Below, piece by piece: positions 10,034-20,357 of a stretch of 64,000 nt of DNA (positions within the stretch are counted from its first letter, which is position 1; every line of letters begins with the position of its first letter). The notes under the pieces were generated by a model. It ran no database searches, was not told where the DNA came from, and was given only the letters and a program-made list of their open reading frames with translations. The translations under genes were made by a program, and so were the position numbers. The DNA lies in the NCBI GenBank assembly GCA_963775465.1, contig CAVZIW010000003.1, forward strand, positions 224,001 to 288,000, given 5' to 3'. This DNA is from Candidatus Bathyarchaeota archaeon (GTDB lineage: Archaea; Thermoproteota; Bathyarchaeia; Bathyarchaeales; Bathycorpusculaceae).

Positions 10034-11389
10034 TTAATTCGCTTTTCCTTTTTGAAGTTTTGCAATAAAGAAGCCGTTACATTGATGGATGTGGGGGTAG
10101 AGTCTTTGACATTGGACTAAACCTTTTAGTCCTGGCAATCCAATTTTCGGTTCAATGTCTAACAGCTTGAAATCAGGATGCTCCTGAAGGAACTGCTCAA
10201 TTATACCCTCATTTTCTTCCAAGGTTATACTGCACGTAGAATAAGTCAAGACACCTCCAACGGCTACTTTTTCTGCGCAATTATTAATCATCTGCCATTG
10301 GATTTCCGACATGTTCTGAATTGATTTTGGGCTTAAGCGCCATTTCGCCGAGGGTTGTTTGGCAAAAACACCCGTACTTGTGCATGGCGGATCCAAAACC
10401 ACTAAATCTGCTTCACCAACAATTGGCAACGAAACCCTAATATCAGCGACTACTGGCTCTGCAATTTTTGAGCCCATCCGACTGTTCTCTTTTTTCCAGG
10501 TTTTCATTCGTTTAGCAGAAAAATCAACAGAAAAAATGGCGCCTTTGTTTTGCATAAGTTGGGCGAGGAAGGTTGTCTTAGCTCCTGGAGCAGCACAGAC
10601 ATCAAAAACTGTATTCCCAGGTTTGGGCGCGGCTACTTGAGTTGCAAAACAGCTTGCTTTATCTTGTATATAGAACAGGCCTTCTGCATAACTCGTAAGC
10701 GCGTTTAGAGGTTTTTTTGTTAAATTTACCTTGTAAGTATAAGGTAACTTTTCGACTTTTTGGAAATCGACACCTTCTTCGGTTAGCCTTTGCACAAAGT
10801 CATCTTCGGTTGTTCTCAACTCGTTAACACGGATATAGTTAGGGGGAGTTTTCATACTGCCTTCCAAAAGCTCTCCTGCAGCGTCTTCACCGAAAAGTTT
10901 GAAACAATACTCCACAAACCACTCAGGATGAAAAGTCTGCAAACTAACCCGCTCCAATTTAGTGACGCCTTTAATGATTGACTCGACTTTCTCGCTCAAC
11001 AAAAAGCCCAAATACGGCTCAACTTCACGCATAGTCTGCCAACCAAGGATGGCTCTGCCAAGGCTAGCGATAGACTCAGCTTCTTTAAGATTGAATTTAT
11101 CCCAGTTTTTGGTAACCCGAGTCTGATAAACGTACAATCTCAGGAAGGCTTGGATGCCAAGGTTATACTCCCCTATTTTCTTGGGCGTTACTACGCTATT
11201 GATGAATTTGTCTATGAGGTTGCGGCGGCGTTCCGTTTCAACTACTAAGCCATAAGCGAAGCGAATGGCGTCTGGGTCTTTAACGCCAAGTTGTTTCACA
11301 GTACGCATTAAGGCAGCCCGCTCGTTGAGACGACGCATCTCTATCCAACTAAGTGTTTCAATAGCAACAGTCCAAGCTTTGCGCAACAA
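10034..11389 (-). CDS. RsmB/NOP2 family RNA m5C methyltransferase
   Basis: IQDKAS, DVCAAPGAKT, LDPPCTSTG, YSTCS, GFFIAKL. Confidence 0.93.
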   Translation of the reverse strand: MLRKAWTVAIETLSWIEMRRLNERAALMRTVKQLGVKDPDAIRFAYGLVVETERRRNLIDKFINSVVTPKKIGEYNLGIQAFLRLYVYQTRVTKNWDKFNLKEAESIASLGRAILGWQTMREVEPYLGFLLSEKVESIIKGVTKLERVSLQTFHPEWFVEYCFKLFGEDAAGELLEGSMKTPPNYIRVNELRTTEDDFVQRLTEEGVDFQKVEKLPYTYKVNLTKKPLNALTSYAEGLFYIQDKASCFATQVAAPKPGNTVFDVCAAPGAKTTFLAQLMQNKGAIFSVDFSAKRMKTWKKENSRMGSKIAEPVVADIRVSLPIVGEADLVVLDPPCTSTGVFAKQPSAKWRLSPKSIQNMSEIQWQMINNCAEKVAVGGVLTYSTCSITLEENEGIIEQFLQEHPDFKLLDIEPKIGLPGLKGLVQCQRLYPHIHQCNGFFIAKLQKGKAN

Positions 11390-11548
11390 ATCTTTTCACA
11401 ACCCCTAAACAATACATGTCCAATATTAAGGCGTTAAAAGAAGAAGTCTGATAATACATCCCGTAATTGAAGTCGGAGACAACCTGCATCCTATCTGCAA
11501 ATTATTTATTAGCTCAAATCAAAATAGATCTCAAAAGGGAGAACTATC

Positions 11549-12358
11549 GTGAATTCACAATCATCACTCAAAAATCAACGTAAACTTGTTTTAACACATG
11601 ATGTTGACTGGCCGTTTAAGGGTCCTGAAAAAACACATGTTTTGGCCCGGCAAGATAGATTCACTCCCGAAATAATCCAAAAAGTCAAAAATGAAGATTT
11701 CAACCCATACTTTGGGGTGCCTAAGGTCAGAGAAATTGAAGAAAAATTTGGGGTTCGTTCAACTTTCTTCTTTAGACCAATTTATGATGACGGAAGCAAA
11801 ATCGACGAATACACACAAACCATACGCGATCTTGTTGCGCATGGTTGGGAAGTTGGATTACATGCAAACAACACTTCAACTGTAGAAAATGTGAAAGAGG
11901 AAAAAGGCATAATTGAAAAAGCCTTAGGAAAAACTATTTGCGGCTGCCGTGTACATTGCCTAAAACTCTACGAAAACACATACCTCAACTTGGCATCAGC
12001 GGGCATAAAATACGACTCCTCTATTTCTTTTGACAAACGAAACATAATTCCTAAAAACACGGGTTACCTAAATAGAAACGATGTAACCATTTTCCCTATA
12101 ACATTCATGGACGCATACCTTTTCACTTACATGGGGCTTACTGAAGAAACCATCGTTCCATTTTTAGTAAAAACTACTGAAAGCCTTTATGCTTCAGGGG
12201 TTCAACTCATCATGTTGCTATGGCACGATAACTCAGTTATGATGAAAGGCGGTCGAACATACCCCCAACTTATAAAGGAACTTGCTGCCAAAGGCGATAT
12301 AACATTTTTAACTGGATTAGAAGCCTTTAACCAAGTAAGAGAGACTGAACAGAAATGA
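11549..12358 (+). CDS. Polysaccharide deacetylase-like protein (CE4/NodB fold)
   Basis: LTHDVDW, STFFF, EVGLH, RVHCL, YDSS, LLWH. Confidence 0.8.
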   Translation: MNSQSSLKNQRKLVLTHDVDWPFKGPEKTHVLARQDRFTPEIIQKVKNEDFNPYFGVPKVREIEEKFGVRSTFFFRPIYDDGSKIDEYTQTIRDLVAHGWEVGLHANNTSTVENVKEEKGIIEKALGKTICGCRVHCLKLYENTYLNLASAGIKYDSSISFDKRNIIPKNTGYLNRNDVTIFPITFMDAYLFTYMGLTEETIVPFLVKTTESLYASGVQLIMLLWHDNSVMMKGGRTYPQLIKELAAKGDITFLTGLEAFNQVRETEQK

Positions 12359-13440
12359 CGAACATATTGGTAACTGGAGCAGGCGGTTCAGGCGGTATCA
12401 GCTTCATCCGGGCACTTAGATTAGCTGAGAACCAGAAAAAAATAAAAATCTATGTTGCAAGCACTGACCACAACCCTCACTTTTTGAACTTCTCAGACGC
12501 CGAGGTAAAATACCACTCACCTCGACACGACGACTCTGCCTTCATACCAATGCTGCAAAAAATAATTCGTCAACACAACATTGAATTTTTGCATCCTCAT
12601 CCCAGTAGTGAAGCCCAGAAGGTCTCAGAAAATTTGGTGCAATTTAAAAACGTCAGAACATACCTCCCCAAACCCTCAGCGATTATGCCCGACAAACTGA
12701 CAATATACAAAATCCTGAGCAAAAAAGGTATTCGCGTACCCAAAACCATTGAGGTTAAAACTTACGACGATATTGAGAGAGCTTTTTCAGAAATCGGTAA
12801 ACCACTCTGGATTCGAGCGCGCCGCGGCGCAGGCGGAAGGCTTGGCTTAAAAGTGGAGACCGCAGAGCAGGCAATGCATTGGGTAGAACTTAATAGGTTG
12901 CAGGGCAGAAGTAGAGTATCAGATTTTGTAATTCAAGAGTTTCTGCCCGGTAGAGACTTAGCATTTGATTCCCTTTGGTACAAGGGGAAGCTGGTTACAT
13001 CATATTGCCGAGAACGGTTGGAGTATTTCTTAAAGCACATTTCACTTTCAGGCATCACAGGGACACCTACAATTGCTCAGACAATAATTGATGAAAAGAT
13101 TAATCGAATCGGGGTAAGTGCAGTTAAAGCCCTCGATCCAAATCCACATGGTTTTTATTCAACGGATATCAAGGAAGATTTACAAAAAAACTGCGCCGTC
13201 ACAGAAGTTGATGGTAAATGGCATACAACTGCACCGCTCTGGGGCTACAGCTTCTCAAAGGTCTTCAATAAACCAGAACTCAACATCACTTACCAATACC
13301 TCAAATTGGCATTGGAAGGAGAAACCGATGGAGATTTACCAACTTATGATCTGTTTCCAAGTGACTATTTTTTGGTAAGGCAGTTGGATGCAGGCGTCAT
13401 CCTCGAAAAAAAGAAGGATCAGACATGGCGCATAATATAA
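12355..13440 (+). CDS. ATP-grasp ligase family protein
   Basis: ILVTGAGG N-domain, DKL, PLWIRARRGAGG, IQEFLPG, TEVDGK. Confidence 0.85.
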   Translation: MTNILVTGAGGSGGISFIRALRLAENQKKIKIYVASTDHNPHFLNFSDAEVKYHSPRHDDSAFIPMLQKIIRQHNIEFLHPHPSSEAQKVSENLVQFKNVRTYLPKPSAIMPDKLTIYKILSKKGIRVPKTIEVKTYDDIERAFSEIGKPLWIRARRGAGGRLGLKVETAEQAMHWVELNRLQGRSRVSDFVIQEFLPGRDLAFDSLWYKGKLVTSYCRERLEYFLKHISLSGITGTPTIAQTIIDEKINRIGVSAVKALDPNPHGFYSTDIKEDLQKNCAVTEVDGKWHTTAPLWGYSFSKVFNKPELNITYQYLKLALEGETDGDLPTYDLFPSDYFLVRQLDAGVILEKKKDQTWRII

Positions 13441-14003
13441 ATTCCAAAGTCTCAGCAGTTGCACTCGACTTCGATGGCGTAATCGTTAACTTGAAAATTG
13501 ATTGGAAAAACGCGATTGAGCAAGGCTCAAAGATAGTTGGACACGACATCAAAAGTTTATTACTCTTCTACGAGGAATGCTTTGGCACCCCCATCTTTCA
13601 GAAAGTCAGCTCGGAAACGGAAAAAATCGAGTTAGAGGCGCTAAAAAAAAGTAAACCAGTCCCACATGTTGCCGAGTTCCTGCAGAAACTTTCGGAGAAA
13701 AATATTGAAATCTACATTGTTTCCATGCAAAGCCAAAGAGTAATACAGACTTTCCTCAACCAACAAGGCTTGAATTGCTACTTCAAAGAAGTCATAACCA
13801 GAGAGCAATATCCAACTAAACAAGCCCAAGTCCAATATGTCGCAAAAACAGCATCAGGCAAGGTGTTATTTGTCGATGACTCCAAGCGCAACATTGAAAA
13901 TTGCAAAGGATTGGGAGTACTGTCTTTCTATTTTGCCCGAAACCCCGAGCCTGAAGACGCAGAAAAAGCTTGGCGTAACCTAGTGAATTTATTAGAGAGC
14001 TGA
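13425..14003 (+). CDS. HAD-superfamily phosphatase
   Basis: LDFDGVIV (motif I), IVS (II), K (III), FVDD (IV). Confidence 0.88.
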   Translation: MAHNINSKVSAVALDFDGVIVNLKIDWKNAIEQGSKIVGHDIKSLLLFYEECFGTPIFQKVSSETEKIELEALKKSKPVPHVAEFLQKLSEKNIEIYIVSMQSQRVIQTFLNQQGLNCYFKEVITREQYPTKQAQVQYVAKTASGKVLFVDDSKRNIENCKGLGVLSFYFARNPEPEDAEKAWRNLVNLLES

Positions 14004-14119
14004 ATTCGTTCAAAAAACACTATAAACTCCTTCTATAGACGCTCAACTAATTCAACATTTTTTAGTCAATAAGGATTTTAGTGCGTTTTCACCATAGAGG
14101 ATGCAAAGGTTCACTTTGG

Positions 14120-16834
14120 ATGTCACAGCAAAGTTTAGATTCTTTCTGGGTTACACCTAAAAAACCTCAGCAACAACCAAAACCAGTGTTGCCACAAGCC
14201 CCCAAAGCTACGTTTGACGCTAAGTCAGAACTGAAAAAACGTGAACATAAACGTCCAACATTTCCGCCTTTGGCTCCAGCGAATCTTCCCCCGTCATATT
14301 TTGTATCCGCTACATACGATGGGAAACAAAAAAAAGCAGTAATCAAACTCTATGAGCCAGAATCCGGTGAAATCTACTTCTGGTACGACAATACAGGGCA
14401 TCTGCCTTACCTATTAACTAACCTTTCAGTACATGAATTAGGCAAACTCGACAGAGTTATGCAACACGAAGGGTTTGACCACTTTGAAACTGAAGAAAAA
14501 ATTGACTCTCTGATGGATAAAAAAATCATAGTAACAAAAGTAGTCTGCAAAGATCCCCTAGCAATCGGAGGACGACCTGGCGGCACAATCAGAGATATAA
14601 TACCCGATGATTTCCCTAAAGTTGCAGAAAACTATGTTGACTCTAAAGAAATCAAAGTATGGGAATCCAAAATCAAATATTATCAAACATACATTTACGA
14701 CCAAAAGCTGTTGCCAGGCATGATCTACGAAATTAAAGACGGAAACTTGGTGGAAACGGTCATAGAGCAAGCTGCCGAGAATTTGAATAAAATCCGAGAA
14801 ATCTTCAAAGACTGTACAGTGGAAGAACAGGAATTTGTTGAAATGTGGGCAAAGCTTTTGGAGTATCCTGCACCCAAATTCCGGCGCGCAGCCATAGACA
14901 TCGAAGTCTACTCACCTTTGGCAAAACGTGTACCTGACGCACGTGAAGGCGCCTGCCCTATAATTGCCTGCTCTATATACAGTTCTGATGGGGAAAAACG
15001 TGTGCTAGTGCTCAAACGGGAGGATATGCAGCAAGGCGATAGCTCCCTATCTGAAGGCATTGACGTTGAGTTCTGCGAAACGGAAACAGAATTGCTAAAG
15101 AAAGTCTTCGAAGTACTCTGGACTTACCCATTTATCTTGACTTTTAACGGAGACGATTTTGACCTACGATACCTTGCTCACCGCGCCTACAATTTGGGTT
15201 TTAACAAAAAAGACATCCCCATTAACATCGGCAAACGCGTCTGTCTATTGCCCTATGGAATCCACATAGACCTCTACAAGTTCTTCTTCAACCGCAGCGT
15301 TCAAATCTACGCTTACGGTGGGCGCTACAAAGATGTCAGCCTCGACGATGTTGGCAACGCCTTAATCGGCACACAAAAAATCCACATAGACAAAGACTTT
15401 GGCGACCTTAACTATAGTGAACTAGCCGCTTACTGTTTACGCGATTCTGAAATCACATACAAGCTTACTAGTTTTGACAACGACTCCGCCATGAAGTTGC
15501 TGCTTGTACTTGCCCGAATCAGTAGCATGCCAATGGAAGACGTAAGTAGACAAGGTGTAAGCCGCTGGATACGCAACTTTATGCACCGGGAACACCGCAA
15601 ACGTAACATGCTTATACCTAATGCTGAAGACATCCTCACTAAGAAAGGCAAAACCAGCACAACCGCAGTTATCAAAGGCAAGAAATACAAAGGCGCTATA
15701 GTGGTGGAGCCAACGCCGGGCGTACACTTTAATGTTGCCGTTATGGACTTTCCCAGTCTGTACCCCTCTATTATCAAAGTCTGGAATTTAGGTTATCAAT
15801 CCATCTGCTGCAATCATCCAGGTTGCAAAGGGCACACGATTCCAGATACCCAGCACTGGGTTTGTATAGAGCAAAGGGCGCTTGAGAGTCTCCTTATAGG
15901 TTCGCTTAGGGATTTGCGTGTGCGATGGTACAAAAGTCGTGCCAAAGATAAATCCCTACCAGCGGAATTGCGCAGCTGGTATAATACCGCGCAGGGAGCG
16001 CTCAAAGTCATCTTAAATGCCAGCTACGGCGTCTTCGGAGCTGACAGCTTTGACCTTTACTGTCCGCCGGTCGCGGAAGCAACTGCTGCTGTCGGACGCT
16101 ATAGTATCACCCAAATCTTAAAGCATGCTGAAGCAGTGGGAATCAAGGTGCTTTACGGTGACACTGATAGTGTATTTTTGAAAAACCCAACTAAAGAACA
16201 AATCGAAGACGTTGTCCACTATACTGAACACGAGTTGGGCATGGGTATAGACATGGAAAAAATGTATCGCTACGCCGTCTTTAGTTCCCGTAAGAAAAAC
16301 TATCTGGGTGTATTAGAAGATGGCAGCGTTGACGTAAAAGGGTTGACAGGCAAGAAAAAACATATACCCCTCTTCATCAAGGACGCATTTAACCAGATGA
16401 AAGAACGGCTAGCAAAAGTCAAGAACCCAGAGGATTTCGAGAAAGCGCGAAAAGATATCGCAAACATTGTTCGGGAACGTTACAATGTTCTTAAACGTCG
16501 TGAGTGGGGCGAGATGAATGACCTTGCGTTCCATGTCGTTTTGGGTGATGCACTTGAGCATTACACTAAAACAACTCCTCAGCATGTGAAAGCAGCAAGA
16601 ATCTTAGCTGAAAGTGGTAAGGAACTCCGCGCGGGCGATCTCATCAGCTTTGTCAAAGTCAATAGTAATAAAGATCGCGTAAAACCAGTAGAGCTAGCAA
16701 CAAGAAACGAGGTTGACGTCGACAAATACACTGCCTATCTGCACAGTACATTTGATCAAGTATTAGATGCCTTAGGTCTCAATTTCGATGAAATAATTGG
16801 ATTAACACGACTTGAGAGTTTTCTTGGAGCTTAA
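14120..16834 (+). CDS. polB: Family B DNA polymerase (B1-type); ORF extends to GTG 14081
   Basis: Exonuclease motifs IDIEV and TFNGDDFD; DFPSLYPSII, KVILNASYG, YGDTDS, KKNY; no intein-sized insert. Confidence 0.96.
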   Translation: MSQQSLDSFWVTPKKPQQQPKPVLPQAPKATFDAKSELKKREHKRPTFPPLAPANLPPSYFVSATYDGKQKKAVIKLYEPESGEIYFWYDNTGHLPYLLTNLSVHELGKLDRVMQHEGFDHFETEEKIDSLMDKKIIVTKVVCKDPLAIGGRPGGTIRDIIPDDFPKVAENYVDSKEIKVWESKIKYYQTYIYDQKLLPGMIYEIKDGNLVETVIEQAAENLNKIREIFKDCTVEEQEFVEMWAKLLEYPAPKFRRAAIDIEVYSPLAKRVPDAREGACPIIACSIYSSDGEKRVLVLKREDMQQGDSSLSEGIDVEFCETETELLKKVFEVLWTYPFILTFNGDDFDLRYLAHRAYNLGFNKKDIPINIGKRVCLLPYGIHIDLYKFFFNRSVQIYAYGGRYKDVSLDDVGNALIGTQKIHIDKDFGDLNYSELAAYCLRDSEITYKLTSFDNDSAMKLLLVLARISSMPMEDVSRQGVSRWIRNFMHREHRKRNMLIPNAEDILTKKGKTSTTAVIKGKKYKGAIVVEPTPGVHFNVAVMDFPSLYPSIIKVWNLGYQSICCNHPGCKGHTIPDTQHWVCIEQRALESLLIGSLRDLRVRWYKSRAKDKSLPAELRSWYNTAQGALKVILNASYGVFGADSFDLYCPPVAEATAAVGRYSITQILKHAEAVGIKVLYGDTDSVFLKNPTKEQIEDVVHYTEHELGMGIDMEKMYRYAVFSSRKKNYLGVLEDGSVDVKGLTGKKKHIPLFIKDAFNQMKERLAKVKNPEDFEKARKDIANIVRERYNVLKRREWGEMNDLAFHVVLGDALEHYTKTTPQHVKAARILAESGKELRAGDLISFVKVNSNKDRVKPVELATRNEVDVDKYTAYLHSTFDQVLDALGLNFDEIIGLTRLESFLGA

Positions 16835-16877
16835 CATGCACCTATCAACCTCTCCTTCTATCTGATATATTCTGAAA

Positions 16878-17759
16878 TCATGGATTCAACTTTTGGTTCT
16901 TGGTAGCAATGACTTCTCTTAAAGTTTGCTGCATTTTTCGAGCATCAATGTCCAAGATAGGTGATTCGCATATTATAGTTGGATGCATCCCAAAATCCAC
17001 GAACACCTCTGCCAGCATTCGAAATTCAGGCCCGTACCTCTCTTCGTCAAGGGTATGGTGACGTTTTTCTCCTTGACCGCTGAACTCGATTTTAGAGAAA
17101 TGGCAATGCATGTTTCGAAGGGTTTGGGTACCTAGTTTTTCCTCCACTTTTTCAGCAATTTTGCGGAAGTCCTCAACTGTCTTAAATGCGCCTTGATGCA
17201 GCGCGTGTAAATGTCCCCAGTCAATTACAAGTTGAGTTGCATCGACTTCTTGATTGATGGCGATTATTTCATCTATGTTTCCAACTTGAAATTTTCTGCC
17301 CATTGTTTCCGGTCCCAACTTGACCTTTAAGCCGAGACTTTTCATTTCAGCACTGATTTCTTTGAGGGCAGTTAAACATTGTTTGAAGGCAAAATCCTTT
17401 TCGAACTTGCCGTAAAATCCACTATGAAAAACAACAACGTAAGCTCCCATCCAATCTGCAGCAGTTGCAGCGGCAATTAAGCGTTGTTTGCTGGCTTCAA
17501 CCACTTCTTTTTTTCCTGATAAATTAACAAAGTATGAGCCATGCATGCTGAGGCGAACATCATTTTTTTTGCATTCCTTCCCAAGTTTCTGGGCGTCTTC
17601 CGTCTTTATCTGTGGTTTTGTACCCCAACGTGACGCTTGATACTCTAGAGCGTCAAGTCCTTCTTCACGCAAGAGTTTTGGTACATCAGCTGTAGTCGCA
17701 CCTAGCATCCTGAACATTGGGGGTACGCCTGCTGGACCAAAACGCGTGCGCTCAGCCAT
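16878..17759 (-). CDS. nfo: Endonuclease IV / AP endonuclease family 2
   Basis: FGPAG, HGSYFVNL, VFHSG, PETMG, DWGHLHA, HCHFS, GEKRHH, ICESP. Confidence 0.88.
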   Translation of the reverse strand: MAERTRFGPAGVPPMFRMLGATTADVPKLLREEGLDALEYQASRWGTKPQIKTEDAQKLGKECKKNDVRLSMHGSYFVNLSGKKEVVEASKQRLIAAATAADWMGAYVVVFHSGFYGKFEKDFAFKQCLTALKEISAEMKSLGLKVKLGPETMGRKFQVGNIDEIIAINQEVDATQLVIDWGHLHALHQGAFKTVEDFRKIAEKVEEKLGTQTLRNMHCHFSKIEFSGQGEKRHHTLDEERYGPEFRMLAEVFVDFGMHPTIICESPILDIDARKMQQTLREVIATKNQKLNP

Positions 17760-17854
17760 AGAATCCCTTTTTCACCCTAAAGGCTGCGTGGGCAATAACG
17801 TTTTCTCTAAAAGTTAGTCAGTGGTGCAGATTCTACTTTTTTATATTCTTCTTT

Positions 17855-18637
17855 TTAGAGAAATTGTGTTATGTTTGGAATGGGCACAAAAAAGTGGATA
17901 TAGATAGTTACTGCAAGTATTCCTGCAGTAATTGCCAACAAACCAAAATCCCCCCTGTGCAGTTTTAGAGCATACAGATTACTGCGTCTTTTTGTTGCTC
18001 CCCAAGCACGTGACTCCATGGCTTCTGCAAGCTCAAGGCTACGCCGAATAGCGCTAACAATTAACGGGATGAGAACAGGAACGTAATTTCTAATTCTTTT
18101 AAGCAGGTTACCTTTTTCGAGTTCGAGCCCTCGAGCTTTTTGGGCATCCATGATTGTTTGGGCTTCTTCTGCCAGAACTGGAACAAATCGTACTGCAGTT
18201 GTAAAAGCAAAAGCGAATTCATAAGGTACTTTTGACTCTTCTAGCGCCAACCCCAAATGGTCAGGGGAGGTAGTTAAGAAGAAAACTGAAAACGATTCTA
18301 CTAACACCACAAACCTCAAAGTTAATGAAACCGCATTTTCCACTGCTTCAGCAGTTATTGTATACCCTGAAGTAAAGTAAACTGTTGCTACATTAACTAG
18401 AAATATGAACGTGGCCAAAAAAGCGGCGCCTCGCAAAGACCTTAACCATTGTTTTTGGACATGAGCAAGCAAAACGAAAGGAATTTGCATTAAAAACAGA
18501 ATCGCCAGTGGAATAATTTGTGAAAAAACTATTGCAACAATAAAGATTGCAATAACGTAAACAAACTTGATTCTTGGATCTAAATTGTGGATGGGAGAAT
18601 AGACTTTTCGGAACCTTAAGCCGTCAAAAACACTCAT
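17855..18637 (-). CDS. ecfT: ECF transporter T component
   Basis: LDPRIK, RFVP, AQKARG, AMESR (twin Arg motifs). Confidence 0.93.
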   Translation of the reverse strand: MSVFDGLRFRKVYSPIHNLDPRIKFVYVIAIFIVAIVFSQIIPLAILFLMQIPFVLLAHVQKQWLRSLRGAAFLATFIFLVNVATVYFTSGYTITAEAVENAVSLTLRFVVLVESFSVFFLTTSPDHLGLALEESKVPYEFAFAFTTAVRFVPVLAEEAQTIMDAQKARGLELEKGNLLKRIRNYVPVLIPLIVSAIRRSLELAEAMESRAWGATKRRSNLYALKLHRGDFGLLAITAGILAVTIYIHFFVPIPNITQFL

Positions 18638-19461
18638 AGACGGCGTCGATTCTCCTTAGCTTTCATTAAGATGTCCTTTGCTTCGTAAATATCAATGACA
18701 TCTTTAGGCAATCCCAAAGCTGAAAGTTTGGTGAAAACCTGAGCAATCTGCGGTAAAACTATAGACGACATCTCCAAAATCTCTGGATCAGTTAAGATTT
18801 TTTTACCTTCACCATCAGCAACAATTTTGCCCTCTTTCATTAAGACTACGCGTGGGTTACATTCAGCTACAAACTCGACATCATGGGTTACGGTTACAAC
18901 TGTTTTCTTTTGAGTTTGCAGTTGCAAAATGAATTGACGCAATTTTTCTTTTTGCTCATGGTCCTGTCCAATTGTTGGCTCATCTAAAATCAGTGTCTGT
19001 GGATCCCACGCCAAAACCGAAGCTAATGCCACTCGTTTCCGTTCTCCACCGCTAAGCAGAAACGGAGAGGTTTTCCTATACTGGGTTAACGATAAAAGAT
19101 TCAAAGCCCAAGTGACACGTTCATCTATTACCTCAGGCTTAAAACCAAAATTTTTTAGCGCAAACCCTATTTCTTCTTCGACTGTTTCACTGAAGAGTTG
19201 ATGATCGGGATTTTGGAACACAAAGCCAACGTTTCTTGCCAGTGAGGCAACACTGGATTTGGTTGTTTCAACTCCGTTTATACAGACAGTTCCTTTAGAG
19301 GGTTTTAAGAGCCCGTTGAAGTGTTTAACAAAAGTTGATTTTCCTGCACCGTTTTGGCCCATTATCGCTACGAATTCACCGTTTTGGATGGTTAATGAGA
19401 CACCCTTCAAAGCCTCCACCTTGTTGGGATACGAATAGTGCACGTTTTCTGTCTCTATCAC
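18634..19461 (-). CDS. ecfA: ECF transporter ATPase
   Basis: GQNGAGKST, FQNPDHQLF, LSGGE, LDEPT. Confidence 0.93.
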   Translation of the reverse strand: MIETENVHYSYPNKVEALKGVSLTIQNGEFVAIMGQNGAGKSTFVKHFNGLLKPSKGTVCINGVETTKSSVASLARNVGFVFQNPDHQLFSETVEEEIGFALKNFGFKPEVIDERVTWALNLLSLTQYRKTSPFLLSGGERKRVALASVLAWDPQTLILDEPTIGQDHEQKEKLRQFILQLQTQKKTVVTVTHDVEFVAECNPRVVLMKEGKIVADGEGKKILTDPEILEMSSIVLPQIAQVFTKLSALGLPKDVIDIYEAKDILMKAKENRRRL

Positions 19462-20309
19462 TTGGGCAACAACGTCTCCAAAAGTTGATTTGCTAACTCA
19501 TCTGATGACAGCGGTGTTTTATCGGCAAGACCAAAGCTTTCTTTCTCTAACATTTGATAGAGAAGAGTTGCTTTAGGAATTCCGACACCCATTAAGCGAG
19601 TTTCTTCGGAACTTAGGATTTGGCGAGGGTTGCCTTCTAAACGAACTTTTCCCTTGTCCATCACGATAAGATGATTTGTGTATTTTGCAGTTAAATCTAA
19701 ACGGTGTTCTACCAAAACCACCGTAATTCCCTGTTGCTTGTTTAGTCTGTGAATGACTTCAAAAATTTTTTCTGCGCTGAGTGGATCAAGAAAAGAAGTC
19801 GGTTCATCCAAAACGATGATTTCAGGGTTCATCGCCAAAACAGACGCAATCGCCACCCTTTGCTGTTGACCGCCTGAAATTTCATGGGGCGACCGCTCTC
19901 GAATGTCGTATATGCCTGTTTGGTGTAATGCCCAATCAACTTTCCGACGCATTTCTTCACGAGGGACTCCGTTGTTTTCTAAGCCAAATGCAACATCTTT
20001 CTCAATTGATAAAGCAAAAAGTTGGTTTTCGGGGTTCTGAAAAACTAAGCCCACATGTTTGGCCATTTCATAGGTGTGGTGTTGCAGAGTGTTGATGCCA
20101 GCAACAGAGATTTCACCTTTTACATCGCCTTGATAAAAATGCGGCACCAAACCGTTGAAAGTTCTACATAGTGTAGTTTTTCCGCAGCCACTTGGACCAG
20201 TAATTAAAACAAACTCGCCCTTCTCTATACTGATGGATACATCATCAATGGATGATTTTGACGCACCAGGATAAGTGTAGGTGAGGTTTTTTATTTCAAT
20301 TATAGCCAT
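19458..20309 (-). CDS. ecfA: ECF transporter ATPase (ORF extends to 20324)
   Basis: GPSGCGKTT, FQNPENQLF, ISGGQ, LDEPT. Confidence 0.93.
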   Translation of the reverse strand: MAIIEIKNLTYTYPGASKSSIDDVSISIEKGEFVLITGPSGCGKTTLCRTFNGLVPHFYQGDVKGEISVAGINTLQHHTYEMAKHVGLVFQNPENQLFALSIEKDVAFGLENNGVPREEMRRKVDWALHQTGIYDIRERSPHEISGGQQQRVAIASVLAMNPEIIVLDEPTSFLDPLSAEKIFEVIHRLNKQQGITVVLVEHRLDLTAKYTNHLIVMDKGKVRLEGNPRQILSSEETRLMGVGIPKATLLYQMLEKESFGLADKTPLSSDELANQLLETLLPK

Positions 20310-20357
20310 TTTGTGTATGCTCATCTTAAGCGTGAGAGTTTTCTCATTTAAGCGTAG

